Part shown: positions 9,349 to 17,332 of the stretch, one piece after another
How the letters are laid out: each line of letters starts with the position of its first letter
Position numbering within the stretch: the first letter of the stretch is position 1
Virus record (IMG/VR): IMGVR_UViG_3300008113_004447
Coordinates: 1-60,626 of that record
Length of the DNA: 60,626 bases
Direction: 5' to 3' (one strand)
From: a virus
Lineage: Duplodnaviria > Caudoviricetes
Position numbers and translations under genes: made by a program
Notes under the pieces: generated by a model
Told to the model about the DNA's origin: nothing
Database searches by the model: none
The model's input: only the letters and a program-made list of their open reading frames with translations

Positions 9349-9591
9349 ATGGAAGTAGTAAGTATTGGCGACAAGAAAGAAAAGAAAAGAAAAGACGACA
9401 TGTTAGAAGTTCTTGATGAGATGCGTCGACAAGTTGAAGCAGGCGAAATAGTTGAATTTGTAGCAACTTCACTTGACAACGATGGTATTGCGCAGATTCA
9501 TATATGTGCCATGGACATGCCTGGCAGCGTCGGACTTTATGAAATAGGCAAGCACTTGCTCATTGCTCAAGAAACATACGTTTTTGATTAA
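9349..9591 (+). CDS. Hypothetical protein
   Basis: GAGG RBS; 80 aa. Confidence 0.65.
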   Translation: MEVVSIGDKKEKKRKDDMLEVLDEMRRQVEAGEIVEFVATSLDNDGIAQIHICAMDMPGSVGLYEIGKHLLIAQETYVFD

Positions 9592-9704
9592 ACGTTGTAA
9601 AAATGCCACATAAAGTAGTCATATTTTTCTTGACTGCTAAATAAAAAGACTACATAATATACACATGTTGTTGATAACCTTTTGTTAAAAAATACAAATA
9701 GTGG

Positions 9705-9733
9705 TTGACAACAAGAACAAAAGAAGTTATACT
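9705..9733 (+). promoter_or_regulatory. Sigma70-type promoter of tRNA array leader
   Basis: TTGACA-17 nt-TATACT. Confidence 0.8.
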
Positions 9734-9765
9734 ATTAACATAGTAAGGAATTAGAGAGAAACAAA

Positions 9766-9906
9766 ATGCAAAACTTATCAAATTTTAGACAACATAATAC
9801 AATAGCCAAACAGGTAGGCGTGCCTTCTTGCTGGTCATTGGATAGTCTATCATATGATCGTTTACCAGCAGAGATTATCTTGGGGTCCACGGAGATGTTA
9901 GTGTAA
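9766..9906 (+). CDS. Putative leader peptide (46 aa) of tRNA-array attenuator
   Basis: MQNLSNFRQHNTIAKQVGVPSCWSLDSLSYDRLPAEIILGSTEMLV; purine-rich RBS; lies between promoter and terminator. Confidence 0.55.
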   Translation: MQNLSNFRQHNTIAKQVGVPSCWSLDSLSYDRLPAEIILGSTEMLV

Positions 9907-9930
9907 CATAAAATACACTTAAACTTCAAA

Positions 9931-9967
9931 GGACCCCAGGATTAAACACCCTGGGGTTTTTGTTTTT
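9931..9967 (+). terminator. Intrinsic terminator (possible attenuator)
   Basis: ggaccccagg...cctggggtt followed by a U-rich tail; 5' arm can alternatively pair with 9877-9888. Confidence 0.8.
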
Positions 9968-9979
9968 GTAAAGGAAAAA

Positions 9980-10156
9980 ATGGAACAGATAGATTACGAA
10001 AAATTGAATCAACGAATTGTTGAACAGGCTTATGAAGCCGCTCTTAGTAATACTCTTACTAAAGAACAGCTTCAAAAACTTATTCAAGATAAGTTTGAAC
10101 GTGCTAGAGTGTATCACGAAGCGTTAGTGAAATCGCCGACGTTTAGTGTAAACTAG
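9980..10156 (+). CDS. Small hypothetical protein (58 aa)
   Basis: AAGGA RBS; MEQIDYEKLNQRIVEQAYEA... Confidence 0.55.
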   Translation: MEQIDYEKLNQRIVEQAYEAALSNTLTKEQLQKLIQDKFERARVYHEALVKSPTFSVN

Positions 10157-10394
10157 TACACCGTGTGAAGATACCAGTAACGAGGACTGGGCCCTGCACG
10201 TAAAACATGGGGCAAACGGGCGGCCTGTAGGATGGAGCACTTCTTCTAGTGTGAAAAATTACAGCGTATTAAAGCATTCTTTAAGAACAGGCAGCCTAAG
10301 TATTTTAGAGTGCTTTAATACACACTCTCTTGTAGCACTAGAAAGATAAACTAGATGTTGACAGCATAGCTGAGAGAGTGTATAGTTAGTACAT

Positions 10395-10480
10395 GGAGGA
10401 ACGGCGCAGTTGGAGGGGCGCGGCAGACTGTAAATCTGTTCTCAAAAGGCTAGTAGGTTCGAATCTTACTTCCTCCACCA
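10395..10480 (+). tRNA. tRNA-Tyr(GTA)
   Basis: Cloverleaf, long variable arm, CCA. Confidence 0.9.
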
Positions 10481-10490
10481 GATTAAAAGT

Positions 10491-10575
10491 GCGACTGTGG
10501 TGAAATAGGTAGACACAAGAGACTTAAAATCTCTCGCCGCAAGGTGTACCGGTTCGATTCCGGTCAGTCGCACCA
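10491..10575 (+). tRNA. tRNA-Leu(TAA)
   Basis: Cloverleaf, CCA. Confidence 0.92.
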
Positions 10576-10583
10576 GAAGTTTA

Positions 10584-10660
10584 GGACTGGTGGCGCAGTT
10601 GGTTAGCGCACATGCCTGTCACGCATGGGGTCGCGGGTTCGAGTCCCGTCCAGTCCGCCA
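10584..10660 (+). tRNA. tRNA-Asp(GTC)
   Basis: Cloverleaf, CCA. Confidence 0.92.
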
Positions 10661-10665
10661 AATTT

Positions 10666-10741
10666 GCTCGGTTCGTCTATCGGTCTAGGACACTGCCCTT
10701 TCACGGCAGGAAGAGGGGTTCGATTCCCCTACCGAGTACCA
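10666..10741 (+). tRNA. tRNA-Glu(TTC)
   Basis: Cloverleaf, CCA. Confidence 0.92.
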
Positions 10742-10746
10742 GTTAT

Positions 10747-10824
10747 GTGTCGGTGGCAGAGTGGCCCATTGCAACGGATTGCAAATCCGTAAAACCGTGA
10801 GTTCAAATCTCACCCGACACTCCA
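10747..10824 (+). tRNA. tRNA-Cys(GCA)
   Basis: Cloverleaf, U73, CCA. Confidence 0.88.
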
Positions 10825-10826
10825 AT

Positions 10827-10900
10827 GTATCCCTAATGTAATGGCAGCATCACAGTCTCCAAAACTGTTCGTCGGGGTTCGAGTCCCTGGGGGTACGCCA
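10827..10900 (+). tRNA. tRNA-Trp(CCA)
   Basis: Cloverleaf, CCA. Confidence 0.9.
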
Positions 10901-10906
10901 ATTAAT

Positions 10907-10996
10907 GGAAGCGTGGCAGAGTCCGGTTTATTGCAACAGTCTTGAAAACTGTCGTGTCGAAAGGCACCGTGAGTTCGAATCTCACCGCTTCCGCCA
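10907..10996 (+). tRNA. tRNA-Ser(TGA)
   Basis: Cloverleaf with long variable arm, G73. Confidence 0.92.
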
Positions 10997-10999
10997 AGT

Positions 11000-11199
11000 T
11001 TTGTAAGTGTTAGCAAGAGAAAGTCACGCTGTCTAGGTTTCTTCGAAGGACTGAAACAGTAGAAGGTGATGGGTTCGACACCCACTAGGTCCATTGAGGC
11101 GACTAAACTGGACCGGTATCCCAAGTAACGTATCCTGACCCTGCCGGCTTTGTATCAAGGGAAAATGGTTGCGATGAGAGGGGCGCAACTACTTACAAA
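11000..11199 (+). ncRNA. Candidate structured ncRNA (unassigned)
   Basis: Closed by tttgtaagt/acttacaaa; internal T-loop-like hairpin tgggttcgacaccca; GC-richer than flanks. Confidence 0.5.
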
Positions 11200-11207
11200 T
11201 TCAATAC

Positions 11208-11282
11208 AGCCTATTAGCTCAGTGGTAGAGCACCGTCTTGATAAGGCGGGGGTCCTTGGATCGTTCCCAAGATAGGCTACCA
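11208..11282 (+). tRNA. tRNA-Ile(GAT)
   Basis: Cloverleaf, CCA; atypical T loop (GGATCG). Confidence 0.85.
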
Positions 11283-11333
11283 ATTTTTTAAAAGGAGATC
11301 TGTCATGACAAGTGACAAGAGTGATAAGATGTC

Positions 11334-11407
11334 GGGGGTATAACTTAACGGTAAAGTAGTAGGCTTTTAACCTATTAATCAGAGTTCGATTCTCTGTGCC
11401 CCTACCA
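11334..11407 (+). tRNA. tRNA-Lys(TTT)
   Basis: Cloverleaf, CCA. Confidence 0.88.
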
Positions 11408-11494
11408 TATAAAAACACATTTATCTCTCACATAGTCGAGAGTAGTAAGGACAGCACACCACCGTTGAGAAAAGTGTTAAGTGTGTTTTTATAT

Positions 11495-11570
11495 GGTAAT
11501 GTAGCATAGTGGCTAATGCAACTGCTTCATACGCAGTCTATCGCTGGTTCGAGTCCAGCCATTACCACCA
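11495..11570 (+). tRNA. tRNA-Met(CAT) elongator or Ile2
   Basis: Cloverleaf, paired 1:72, CAT anticodon. Confidence 0.85.
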
Positions 11571-11576
11571 AATTGT

Positions 11577-11650
11577 TGGGGATTAGTTAAATGGTATAAC
11601 CGCGGATTTTGATTCCGTTATTAGAAGTTCGATTCTTCTATCCCCTGCCA
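11577..11650 (+). tRNA. tRNA-Gln(TTG)
   Basis: Cloverleaf, G73, CCA. Confidence 0.88.
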
Positions 11651-11665
11651 AAAAAGGAGAAATAT

Positions 11666-12196
11666 ATGCCGTGGATACAAAATGTAGCACTTGGTGATAT
11701 CCCAAAAGGACATCACGTGGCAGTGGGTGAAAACTCAATGCTGATTCAAATTGTGGATCCCGAAATGGAGTTCCCTAAACCCAAGCACAAGTTTAAAGAA
11801 GTTCATCAGTTTGAATTTTTAGACATTGAAGCCAACGACTTTACTATCGACGAAGCATTTCGTTGCAGCCAAGAGCAGGCCAACGAGCTGGTTCGATTGT
11901 TGCAACACGCATTAGAGAATCGCATGGATGTTGTTGTGCATTGTCATGCTGGCGTTTGTCGCAGCGGAGCAGTGTGCGAAATTGGTGTTATGCTAGGCTT
12001 TAGAGATACCGAGGCATTCCGCAGTCCCAACCTGTTAGTCAAACATCGCATGATGAGAGCCTTGGGTTGGTTATACGATGAGCAAGAACCCCACACTATT
12101 AATGGTGTGGCAGTTCCCGAAGATTGGTCCAACGACAACGAAAAAGTTTTTACACTTGCGGCTGCAAGACGTAATCGTAGATTAAATGAAAAATAA
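11666..12196 (+). CDS. Protein-tyrosine/dual-specificity phosphatase-like
   Basis: VVHCHAGVCRSGA (HCx5R); AAGGAG RBS before MPWIQNV. Confidence 0.85.
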   Translation: MPWIQNVALGDIPKGHHVAVGENSMLIQIVDPEMEFPKPKHKFKEVHQFEFLDIEANDFTIDEAFRCSQEQANELVRLLQHALENRMDVVVHCHAGVCRSGAVCEIGVMLGFRDTEAFRSPNLLVKHRMMRALGWLYDEQEPHTINGVAVPEDWSNDNEKVFTLAAARRNRRLNEK

Positions 12197-12269
12197 CGGT
12201 CCGTAGCTCAATGGAATAGTTCTGATCTTGGACCCCAACTATTGGGAGTTCGACTTCTTTGCGGTACCA
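12197..12269 (+). pseudogene. Degenerate copy of tRNA-Arg(TCG)
   Basis: cggtccgtagctca...gggagttcga...cca resembles 13260-13334 but anticodon arm and acceptor pairing are broken. Confidence 0.75.
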
Positions 12270-12294
12270 AAAATTACAGAAATAGATATCATCC

Positions 12295-13245
12295 CTATCT
12301 TTGAAATAAGCCAGGTAACTTTTGTAAAAATATTACATCTTCAACTTTTGATTTAACAATAGATTTTAAAAACGCTCGGTGCGGTTTAATAACTATGCCT
12401 ATTGGAAATTCTAAAGGTGGTTTAATTATATTGTGATGAGATACCCATTCTTTAAAATCCTCAGAAGTATATACATCACTTAGGTTATTATCAACATCTA
12501 TATGAAAATTGCCATGCGAGCCAATCCGCCCTGTGCAATCTACACATGCAGGATCATCGTTGTCAAGAAAAGATTGTAAATATGATTTACCAAGTATAGA
12601 ACTATCAAGGAGAACTAACGGTTTTTTAAATTTCTTTTTGTATATTTGATATTTGTAATTTTCTTGTTGTTCTTCTAAATTAAAATCAATCCACGAATTA
12701 TCAGTTGGTGTAGAATTCATTATAACTTGTAAAAATGTCAACGGATATCCTTTTAAGATATTACGATTAACAACCTGTGTATATTGTTCTAAATTATGAA
12801 CTGATTCGTTAATTTGATTCAATAAGTCATGCCAATCTTGGTAACTTGTACATTTGATTTTAAAATTTGGATCAAATGGATTATTGATATTATCTGCATC
12901 ATGGTACCACAATACATTATATGTAAAAAATCTGTGCAATTGATTCAATAATTTTTGATCAAAATTAAAGTATTCAGGTAAATCAAACAAGTCTGTATTG
13001 AATCCAATATCTTTCAATTTTTGTAATGTTAATTTAATATTGTCCCAACTAGAATTTATGTTACTTAATGCATATGGCAACTCGTCTATATTGATTATGT
13101 CCGGTTGATTATGTATATTATTAACCATAGATGCCCTATCAAATCTGCAACTAGAAAATTTTTCAAACCATTTTCTAGTTGCAGAATTATCAAATAATTT
13201 GATATATATAGATTTTTTAGAAATAAATTTAATTCGAATATACAT
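12295..13245 (-). CDS. Hypothetical AT-rich protein inserted antisense in tRNA array
   Basis: ATG (MYIRIKF) 5 nt after minus-strand TAAATA. Confidence 0.75.
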   Translation of the reverse strand: MYIRIKFISKKSIYIKLFDNSATRKWFEKFSSCRFDRASMVNNIHNQPDIINIDELPYALSNINSSWDNIKLTLQKLKDIGFNTDLFDLPEYFNFDQKLLNQLHRFFTYNVLWYHDADNINNPFDPNFKIKCTSYQDWHDLLNQINESVHNLEQYTQVVNRNILKGYPLTFLQVIMNSTPTDNSWIDFNLEEQQENYKYQIYKKKFKKPLVLLDSSILGKSYLQSFLDNDDPACVDCTGRIGSHGNFHIDVDNNLSDVYTSEDFKEWVSHHNIIKPPLEFPIGIVIKPHRAFLKSIVKSKVEDVIFLQKLPGLFQR

Positions 13246-13259
13246 AGGGTTATTTATTA

Positions 13260-13334
13260 CGGTCCGTAGCTCAGTGGAAGAGTTCTGGTCTTCGAAACCA
13301 GCTGTCGGGAGTTCGAATCTCTCCGGACCGGCCA
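13260..13334 (+). tRNA. tRNA-Arg(TCG)
   Basis: Cloverleaf, CCA. Confidence 0.88.
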
Positions 13335-13339
13335 ACAAC

Positions 13340-13416
13340 GGTGACGTTAGTGTTAACGGTCAGCACCACGGATTGTGATTCCGTTAGAATGGGTTCGAAT
13401 CCCATACGTTACCCCA
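13340..13416 (+). tRNA. tRNA-His(GTG)
   Basis: G-1, C73, CCA. Confidence 0.9.
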
Positions 13417-13463
13417 AACATGGCTCTACTCGTTTGACATAGTCGATGCTGTAGAGTTTTTTT

Positions 13464-13555
13464 GCCAGTGAGACTTGGTAGTCAGAGAGGTTTTATAAAC
13501 CTTTTAGCGCCAGATTAGCGTTCTTGAGAGGGTTCGATTCCCTCCGCTGGTACCA
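13464..13555 (+). tRNA. Atypical tRNA with TAT anticodon (Ile?) and long variable arm
   Basis: Acceptor gccagtg/cgctggt, T arm gagggttcgattccctc, anticodon loop tttataa, minimal D arm. Confidence 0.7.
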
Positions 13556-13557
13556 AT

Positions 13558-13633
13558 GCAACTTTAGCTGATGTGGTCATAGCGGTGGTCTGAAGAGCCA
13601 TTGAACCAGGTTCGATCCCTGGAGGTTGCACCA
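13558..13633 (+). tRNA. tRNA-Phe(GAA)
   Basis: Cloverleaf, CCA. Confidence 0.88.
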
Positions 13634-13639
13634 ATCAAT

Positions 13640-13720
13640 GCCCCAGTAGACAAATTGGCAAAGTCGTCTCTCTCAAAAGGAGAAATTTTAATGCGGGTTC
13701 AAATCCCGCCTGGGGTACCA
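13640..13720 (+). tRNA. tRNA-Leu(CAA)
   Basis: Cloverleaf, CCA. Confidence 0.85.
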
Positions 13721-13742
13721 CACATCGGCGATACATAGTAAT

Positions 13743-15338
13743 ATGAAAATTAAAAGTATAACAATTGTAGGTGGCGGGAGTGCCGGTTGGATGACTGCTG
13801 CCGGATTAATTGCACAAGTACCCAACATTGAAATAACTTTAATTGAATCACCAAACATTAATATCATTGGAGTTGGAGAAAGCACACTGGCTGGGTTTAA
13901 TGTGTTTCTTGATGCGCTAGATTTAAAAGACGAAGAATGGATGCCGCATTGCAATGCAACGTACAAGACATCTATTAAGTTTACAGACTTTAAAGAAAGA
14001 TTACAAGAACCTCAAAGTTTTCATTATCCTTTTGGCAGTCCTAAGGTTGATAATAAAAAATTTGGTATTATGGAATGGTTCTTGGCAAAGACCCAAGCCC
14101 CAGAGTTAGCGTCTAATACATTTGCAGAATATTATCACGATAATGTATTGATGACCAATGCTAATAAGTTTACCAACAACAGTCGTAACGAATTATCAAA
14201 TTTTAATTTTACATATGATACTGCGTATCATTTTGATGCAACGTTATTTGGACTTTATCTGCGAGATCACTATTGTAAACCCAGAGGCGTAACACATATT
14301 TTAGCAGAAGTAAAAAATGTGCAAGTTAGCAACAACGGAATTGACAGCATTACTTTAGACAACGACAGTAATGTCTCCTCAGATTTGTTTATCGACTGTA
14401 CAGGGTTTAAATCCTATCTTTTAGAAGAAACGCTAGGAGTAGCATTTAAATCGTTTGGTGATACATTATTAAATGACAGCGCCATTGCTACACATCTTCC
14501 ATACATCGACAAAGAACGAGAAATGGAAAGTGTTACTAACTGTACTGCTATAGAAAATGGCTGGGTCTGGAATATACCTGTATGGAATCGTATAGGAACC
14601 GGCTATGTGTATTCTAGTAAGTTTGCAACACAGGCACAAGCAGAAGAACAGTTTAGACAGCATTTAAAATCCAATCGCATGATTTGTCCAGATAGTGCTC
14701 GTGCTGATGCCGCAGTCTTTAAACATATCAAAATTCGCCATGGTGTTCACGAACGTTCTTGGGAAAAGAATGTAGTGGCCATTGGTCTGTCTAACGGTTT
14801 TATCGAGCCTTTAGAATCAACAGGTTTATTAATTACACATAACTCAATCATGAAGTTAATTGATACACTGCATTTAAAAGACGGTAATGTAAATCAATTT
14901 GATATTGACGTGTATAATTCAACATTCTTAAATGAAATTTTATCGTTTAAAGATTTTGTTAGTATGCATTATGCATTGTCGTCAAGAACGGATACAGAAT
15001 ACTGGCGATATGCAACACAGCAAACAACATATTCTAAGATTTTATCCAGTGGCGAGTGGACTACACTGAGCGACGGATACGTTGAGTTTGCCAAACAGAT
15101 TAATAAAAAAGAATTTGGTATGGATTTAGCAGGATTGATTTATATTGCTGCTGGCATGGGCTATACTCCAATAAGTCCTAGACACATGAAATTTACTAGT
15201 AAACTACATCCGGAAGTGTTAACAGCATTAGAAGTATATAAAAAATCATTAGCACTACACAAAGTTAAGATGGAAAGAAAGATATCTGCAATGCCAACTC
15301 ATTTTGAGTATCTATTAAAAAATATTTACAAACAGTAA
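13743..15338 (+). CDS. Flavin-dependent tryptophan halogenase-like protein
   Basis: GGGSAG, GVGEST, FIDCTGF, GWVWNIP (WxWxIP), FIEPLESTG. Confidence 0.92.
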   Translation: MKIKSITIVGGGSAGWMTAAGLIAQVPNIEITLIESPNINIIGVGESTLAGFNVFLDALDLKDEEWMPHCNATYKTSIKFTDFKERLQEPQSFHYPFGSPKVDNKKFGIMEWFLAKTQAPELASNTFAEYYHDNVLMTNANKFTNNSRNELSNFNFTYDTAYHFDATLFGLYLRDHYCKPRGVTHILAEVKNVQVSNNGIDSITLDNDSNVSSDLFIDCTGFKSYLLEETLGVAFKSFGDTLLNDSAIATHLPYIDKEREMESVTNCTAIENGWVWNIPVWNRIGTGYVYSSKFATQAQAEEQFRQHLKSNRMICPDSARADAAVFKHIKIRHGVHERSWEKNVVAIGLSNGFIEPLESTGLLITHNSIMKLIDTLHLKDGNVNQFDIDVYNSTFLNEILSFKDFVSMHYALSSRTDTEYWRYATQQTTYSKILSSGEWTTLSDGYVEFAKQINKKEFGMDLAGLIYIAAGMGYTPISPRHMKFTSKLHPEVLTALEVYKKSLALHKVKMERKISAMPTHFEYLLKNIYKQ

Positions 15339-15339
15339 G

Positions 15340-15368
15340 TTGACAGACTGTAACGAATCGTATATAAT
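15340..15368 (+). promoter_or_regulatory. Sigma70-type promoter (internal to tRNA array)
   Basis: TTGACA-17 nt-TATAAT. Confidence 0.85.
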
Positions 15369-15403
15369 ATACTTTGTTCATTAAAAATTTAAGTTGTTAT
15401 TTT

Positions 15404-15486
15404 GCCCCGATGGTGGAATTGGTAGACACGCTGGTCTTAGAAGCCAGTGCGCGAGCGTCCGAGTTCGAGTCTCGGTTGGGGCACCA
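15404..15486 (+). tRNA. tRNA-Leu(TAG)
   Basis: Cloverleaf, CCA. Confidence 0.92.
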
Positions 15487-15496
15487 TATAAAAGAA

Positions 15497-15572
15497 GGGT
15501 CGTTAGCTCAGTTGGTAGAGCGTCTGCCTTACACGCAGAATGTCGGCAGTTCGAGACTGTCACGACCCACCA
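15497..15572 (+). tRNA. tRNA-Val(TAC)
   Basis: Cloverleaf, CCA. Confidence 0.92.
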
Positions 15573-15580
15573 AGTATTAC

Positions 15581-15668
15581 GGAGCATTGGCCGACCGGTT
15601 AAGGCAACAGATTGCTAATCTGTCATTCAGCAATGGGTGAGTAGGTTCGATTCCTACATGCTCCGCCA
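15581..15668 (+). tRNA. tRNA-Ser(GCT)
   Basis: Cloverleaf, long variable arm. Confidence 0.9.
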
Positions 15669-15691
15669 ATTTTTAAAAGAGAGAAAAACAT

Positions 15692-15904
15692 ATGAAACCA
15701 GGTCCAAATTATAGAATGAGTTCTTTGACTAAAGCAAGTCTAGCATTGAGTAAAGTACTAGATCCGCATAAACGAGGCGAGTGGAAACGTGCCATGATTG
15801 ATGCAGAATTGAATGCAGCCGTACAACCAAAACGTGAACCACGCAAACCAGGAAATGGTAATTTTACCACCCATGCATCTGGGACCGTGTCTTCAGGAAG
15901 CTGA
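15692..15904 (+). CDS. Small basic hypothetical protein
   Basis: ORF with purine-rich RBS. Confidence 0.6.
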   Translation: MKPGPNYRMSSLTKASLALSKVLDPHKRGEWKRAMIDAELNAAVQPKREPRKPGNGNFTTHASGTVSSGS

Positions 15905-15905
15905 C

Positions 15906-16196
15906 ATGGGCAAGGGATCTAAAGCAAGACCGTTTAGCGTCAGCCAAGAAGAATTTGACAACAGTTTTGAACTTATTTTTGGGAAGAAAGACAAAATGCA
16001 AATACGTGTAAAAGAAGATGTAACAGAATTTGGCAAGTGTGGTTGCGGTCGTAGCCCAACAGGTAAATGTATCGGTTGGCACGGACTCAATGAAGAACAA
16101 CTTAAGGCAGCACGAGATGCATGGGATTTAGCACAGTATCAAAAACAAGCATCAGAGTTGTGGAATAATAGTTGCACTAGTGGTAGAGCAGAGTAA
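15906..16196 (+). CDS. Small protein with CDGSH-like Cys/His motif
   Basis: CGCGRSPTGKCIGWH resembles the C-x-C-x2-S...C-x-G-x-H 2Fe-2S motif. Confidence 0.55.
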   Translation: MGKGSKARPFSVSQEEFDNSFELIFGKKDKMQIRVKEDVTEFGKCGCGRSPTGKCIGWHGLNEEQLKAARDAWDLAQYQKQASELWNNSCTSGRAE

Positions 16197-16202
16197 TGTA
16201 TT

Positions 16203-16278
16203 GGGGGTGTAGCTCATCTGGTAGAGCAGGACCTTTGCAAGGTCAAGGTAGCGGGTTCAAGTCCTGTCACCTCCACCA
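16203..16278 (+). tRNA. tRNA-Ala(TGC)
   Basis: G3:U70, CCA. Confidence 0.92.
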
Positions 16279-16300
16279 ATAATTTAACGAGGATACTAGC

Positions 16301-16486
16301 ATGGCAAAAGGTGCCGGTGGTAAAAATATTAAAACAGCAAGTCCGATGCTAACCCGAAACGGTAAGACACGTTTGGGTCCATTGAATTTAACACAGTTAA
16401 CCAGCATGTTAGAGAAATCTAGCAAGCCAAAAGACAAAGCAAAAATTCAAAGTCGCATTAGAACTTTAGAAGCAAGAACTAAGTAA
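16301..16486 (+). CDS. Small basic hypothetical protein
   Basis: GAGGA RBS. Confidence 0.6.
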   Translation: MAKGAGGKNIKTASPMLTRNGKTRLGPLNLTQLTSMLEKSSKPKDKAKIQSRIRTLEARTK

Positions 16487-16493
16487 CAACGTT

Positions 16494-16569
16494 GCCCCTT
16501 TAGCTCATCTGGTAGAGCAACTGATTTGTAATCAGTAGGTGGTCTGTTCGAGTCGGACAAGGGGCACCA
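16494..16569 (+). tRNA. tRNA-Thr(TGT)
   Basis: Cloverleaf, CCA. Confidence 0.92.
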
Positions 16570-16575
16570 AAATAT

Positions 16576-16651
16576 TCTCCTATAGCTCAGCCGGTAGAGC
16601 GTTTGACTGTTAATCAAAATGTCCGTGGTTCGAGCCCACGTAGGGGAGCCA
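16576..16651 (+). tRNA. tRNA-Asn(GTT)
   Basis: Cloverleaf, CCA. Confidence 0.92.
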
Positions 16652-16666
16652 AAACAAAGGTAATCG

Positions 16667-17284
16667 ATGAAATTTGCATTTTTTAATCCAACAGTAGTTG
16701 CAGTAGATGATGTGCCTGCTGAACTATATACTAACTTTAAAAGTCAAGTAGATTATGCACATCATCAGTCTCAATTTAATGATGCTGGTAATTCTAATAT
16801 CAGTGTTCGTGGCGGACAACAGATACAGCTATTGCCAAACGAATTTGGGTTAGATACTACTGATCTAAAAACGTTTGTTGAATCAAGATGCCGAGTTTAT
16901 ATTGATACTATATTGAAAACATTAGTACGAAATGATCTCAGTGATTATGAGCCTGTATTAATTAGTGCATGGACTATTAGACAAGAAAGTGGTCAGTATC
17001 AAGCATTACATAGTCACGAAGCACACATTAGTGGAAATATGTATATTGATGTTCCAGACTTAGATTTAAATTCAAACAGCAGTGATGCAAACATTGAATT
17101 TAGATTGCCGGTCATTAGAAACCCTTTAAATTTTATTTTTACTGATGCGTGGAGATTTACTCCGCAGCCTATGAAAATGGTAGTATTTCCAAGTCATCTT
17201 CCACATACCGTATATCCGTGGCAAGGACAAGGACACAGAACTATTTTGGCATGGGATGTTAAATTAATTCCAAGAAAAGATTGA
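16667..17284 (+). CDS. Putative 2OG-Fe(II) oxygenase
   Basis: HSH...ISGNMY...VFPSHLPHTV...R.ILAW. Confidence 0.75.
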   Translation: MKFAFFNPTVVAVDDVPAELYTNFKSQVDYAHHQSQFNDAGNSNISVRGGQQIQLLPNEFGLDTTDLKTFVESRCRVYIDTILKTLVRNDLSDYEPVLISAWTIRQESGQYQALHSHEAHISGNMYIDVPDLDLNSNSSDANIEFRLPVIRNPLNFIFTDAWRFTPQPMKMVVFPSHLPHTVYPWQGQGHRTILAWDVKLIPRKD

Positions 17285-17309
17285 CAAACACTCTAAAAAG
17301 TGTTATAAT
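17281..17309 (+). promoter_or_regulatory. Sigma70-type promoter
   Basis: TTGACA-17 nt-TATAAT. Confidence 0.85.
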
Positions 17310-17332
17310 AGTTTTGTTGTGTAGCAATATAC

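Noticed and set aside
11000-11199. RNase P RNA or tmRNA
   Set aside because: gagaaagtc only loosely resembles GAGGAAAGUCC, the other conserved regions are missing, and there is no tmRNA acceptor end or tag frame
10612-11418. ORFs 10612-10800, 10810-11124 and 11155-11418
   Set aside because: They overlap tRNA genes and are shadow ORFs
13246-13338. N-terminal extension of ORF 12295-13338
   Set aside because: Antisense to tRNA-Arg; the ATG at 13245 follows a TAAATA element
15374-15640. Three short ORFs
   Set aside because: They overlap tRNA-Leu, tRNA-Val and tRNA-Ser
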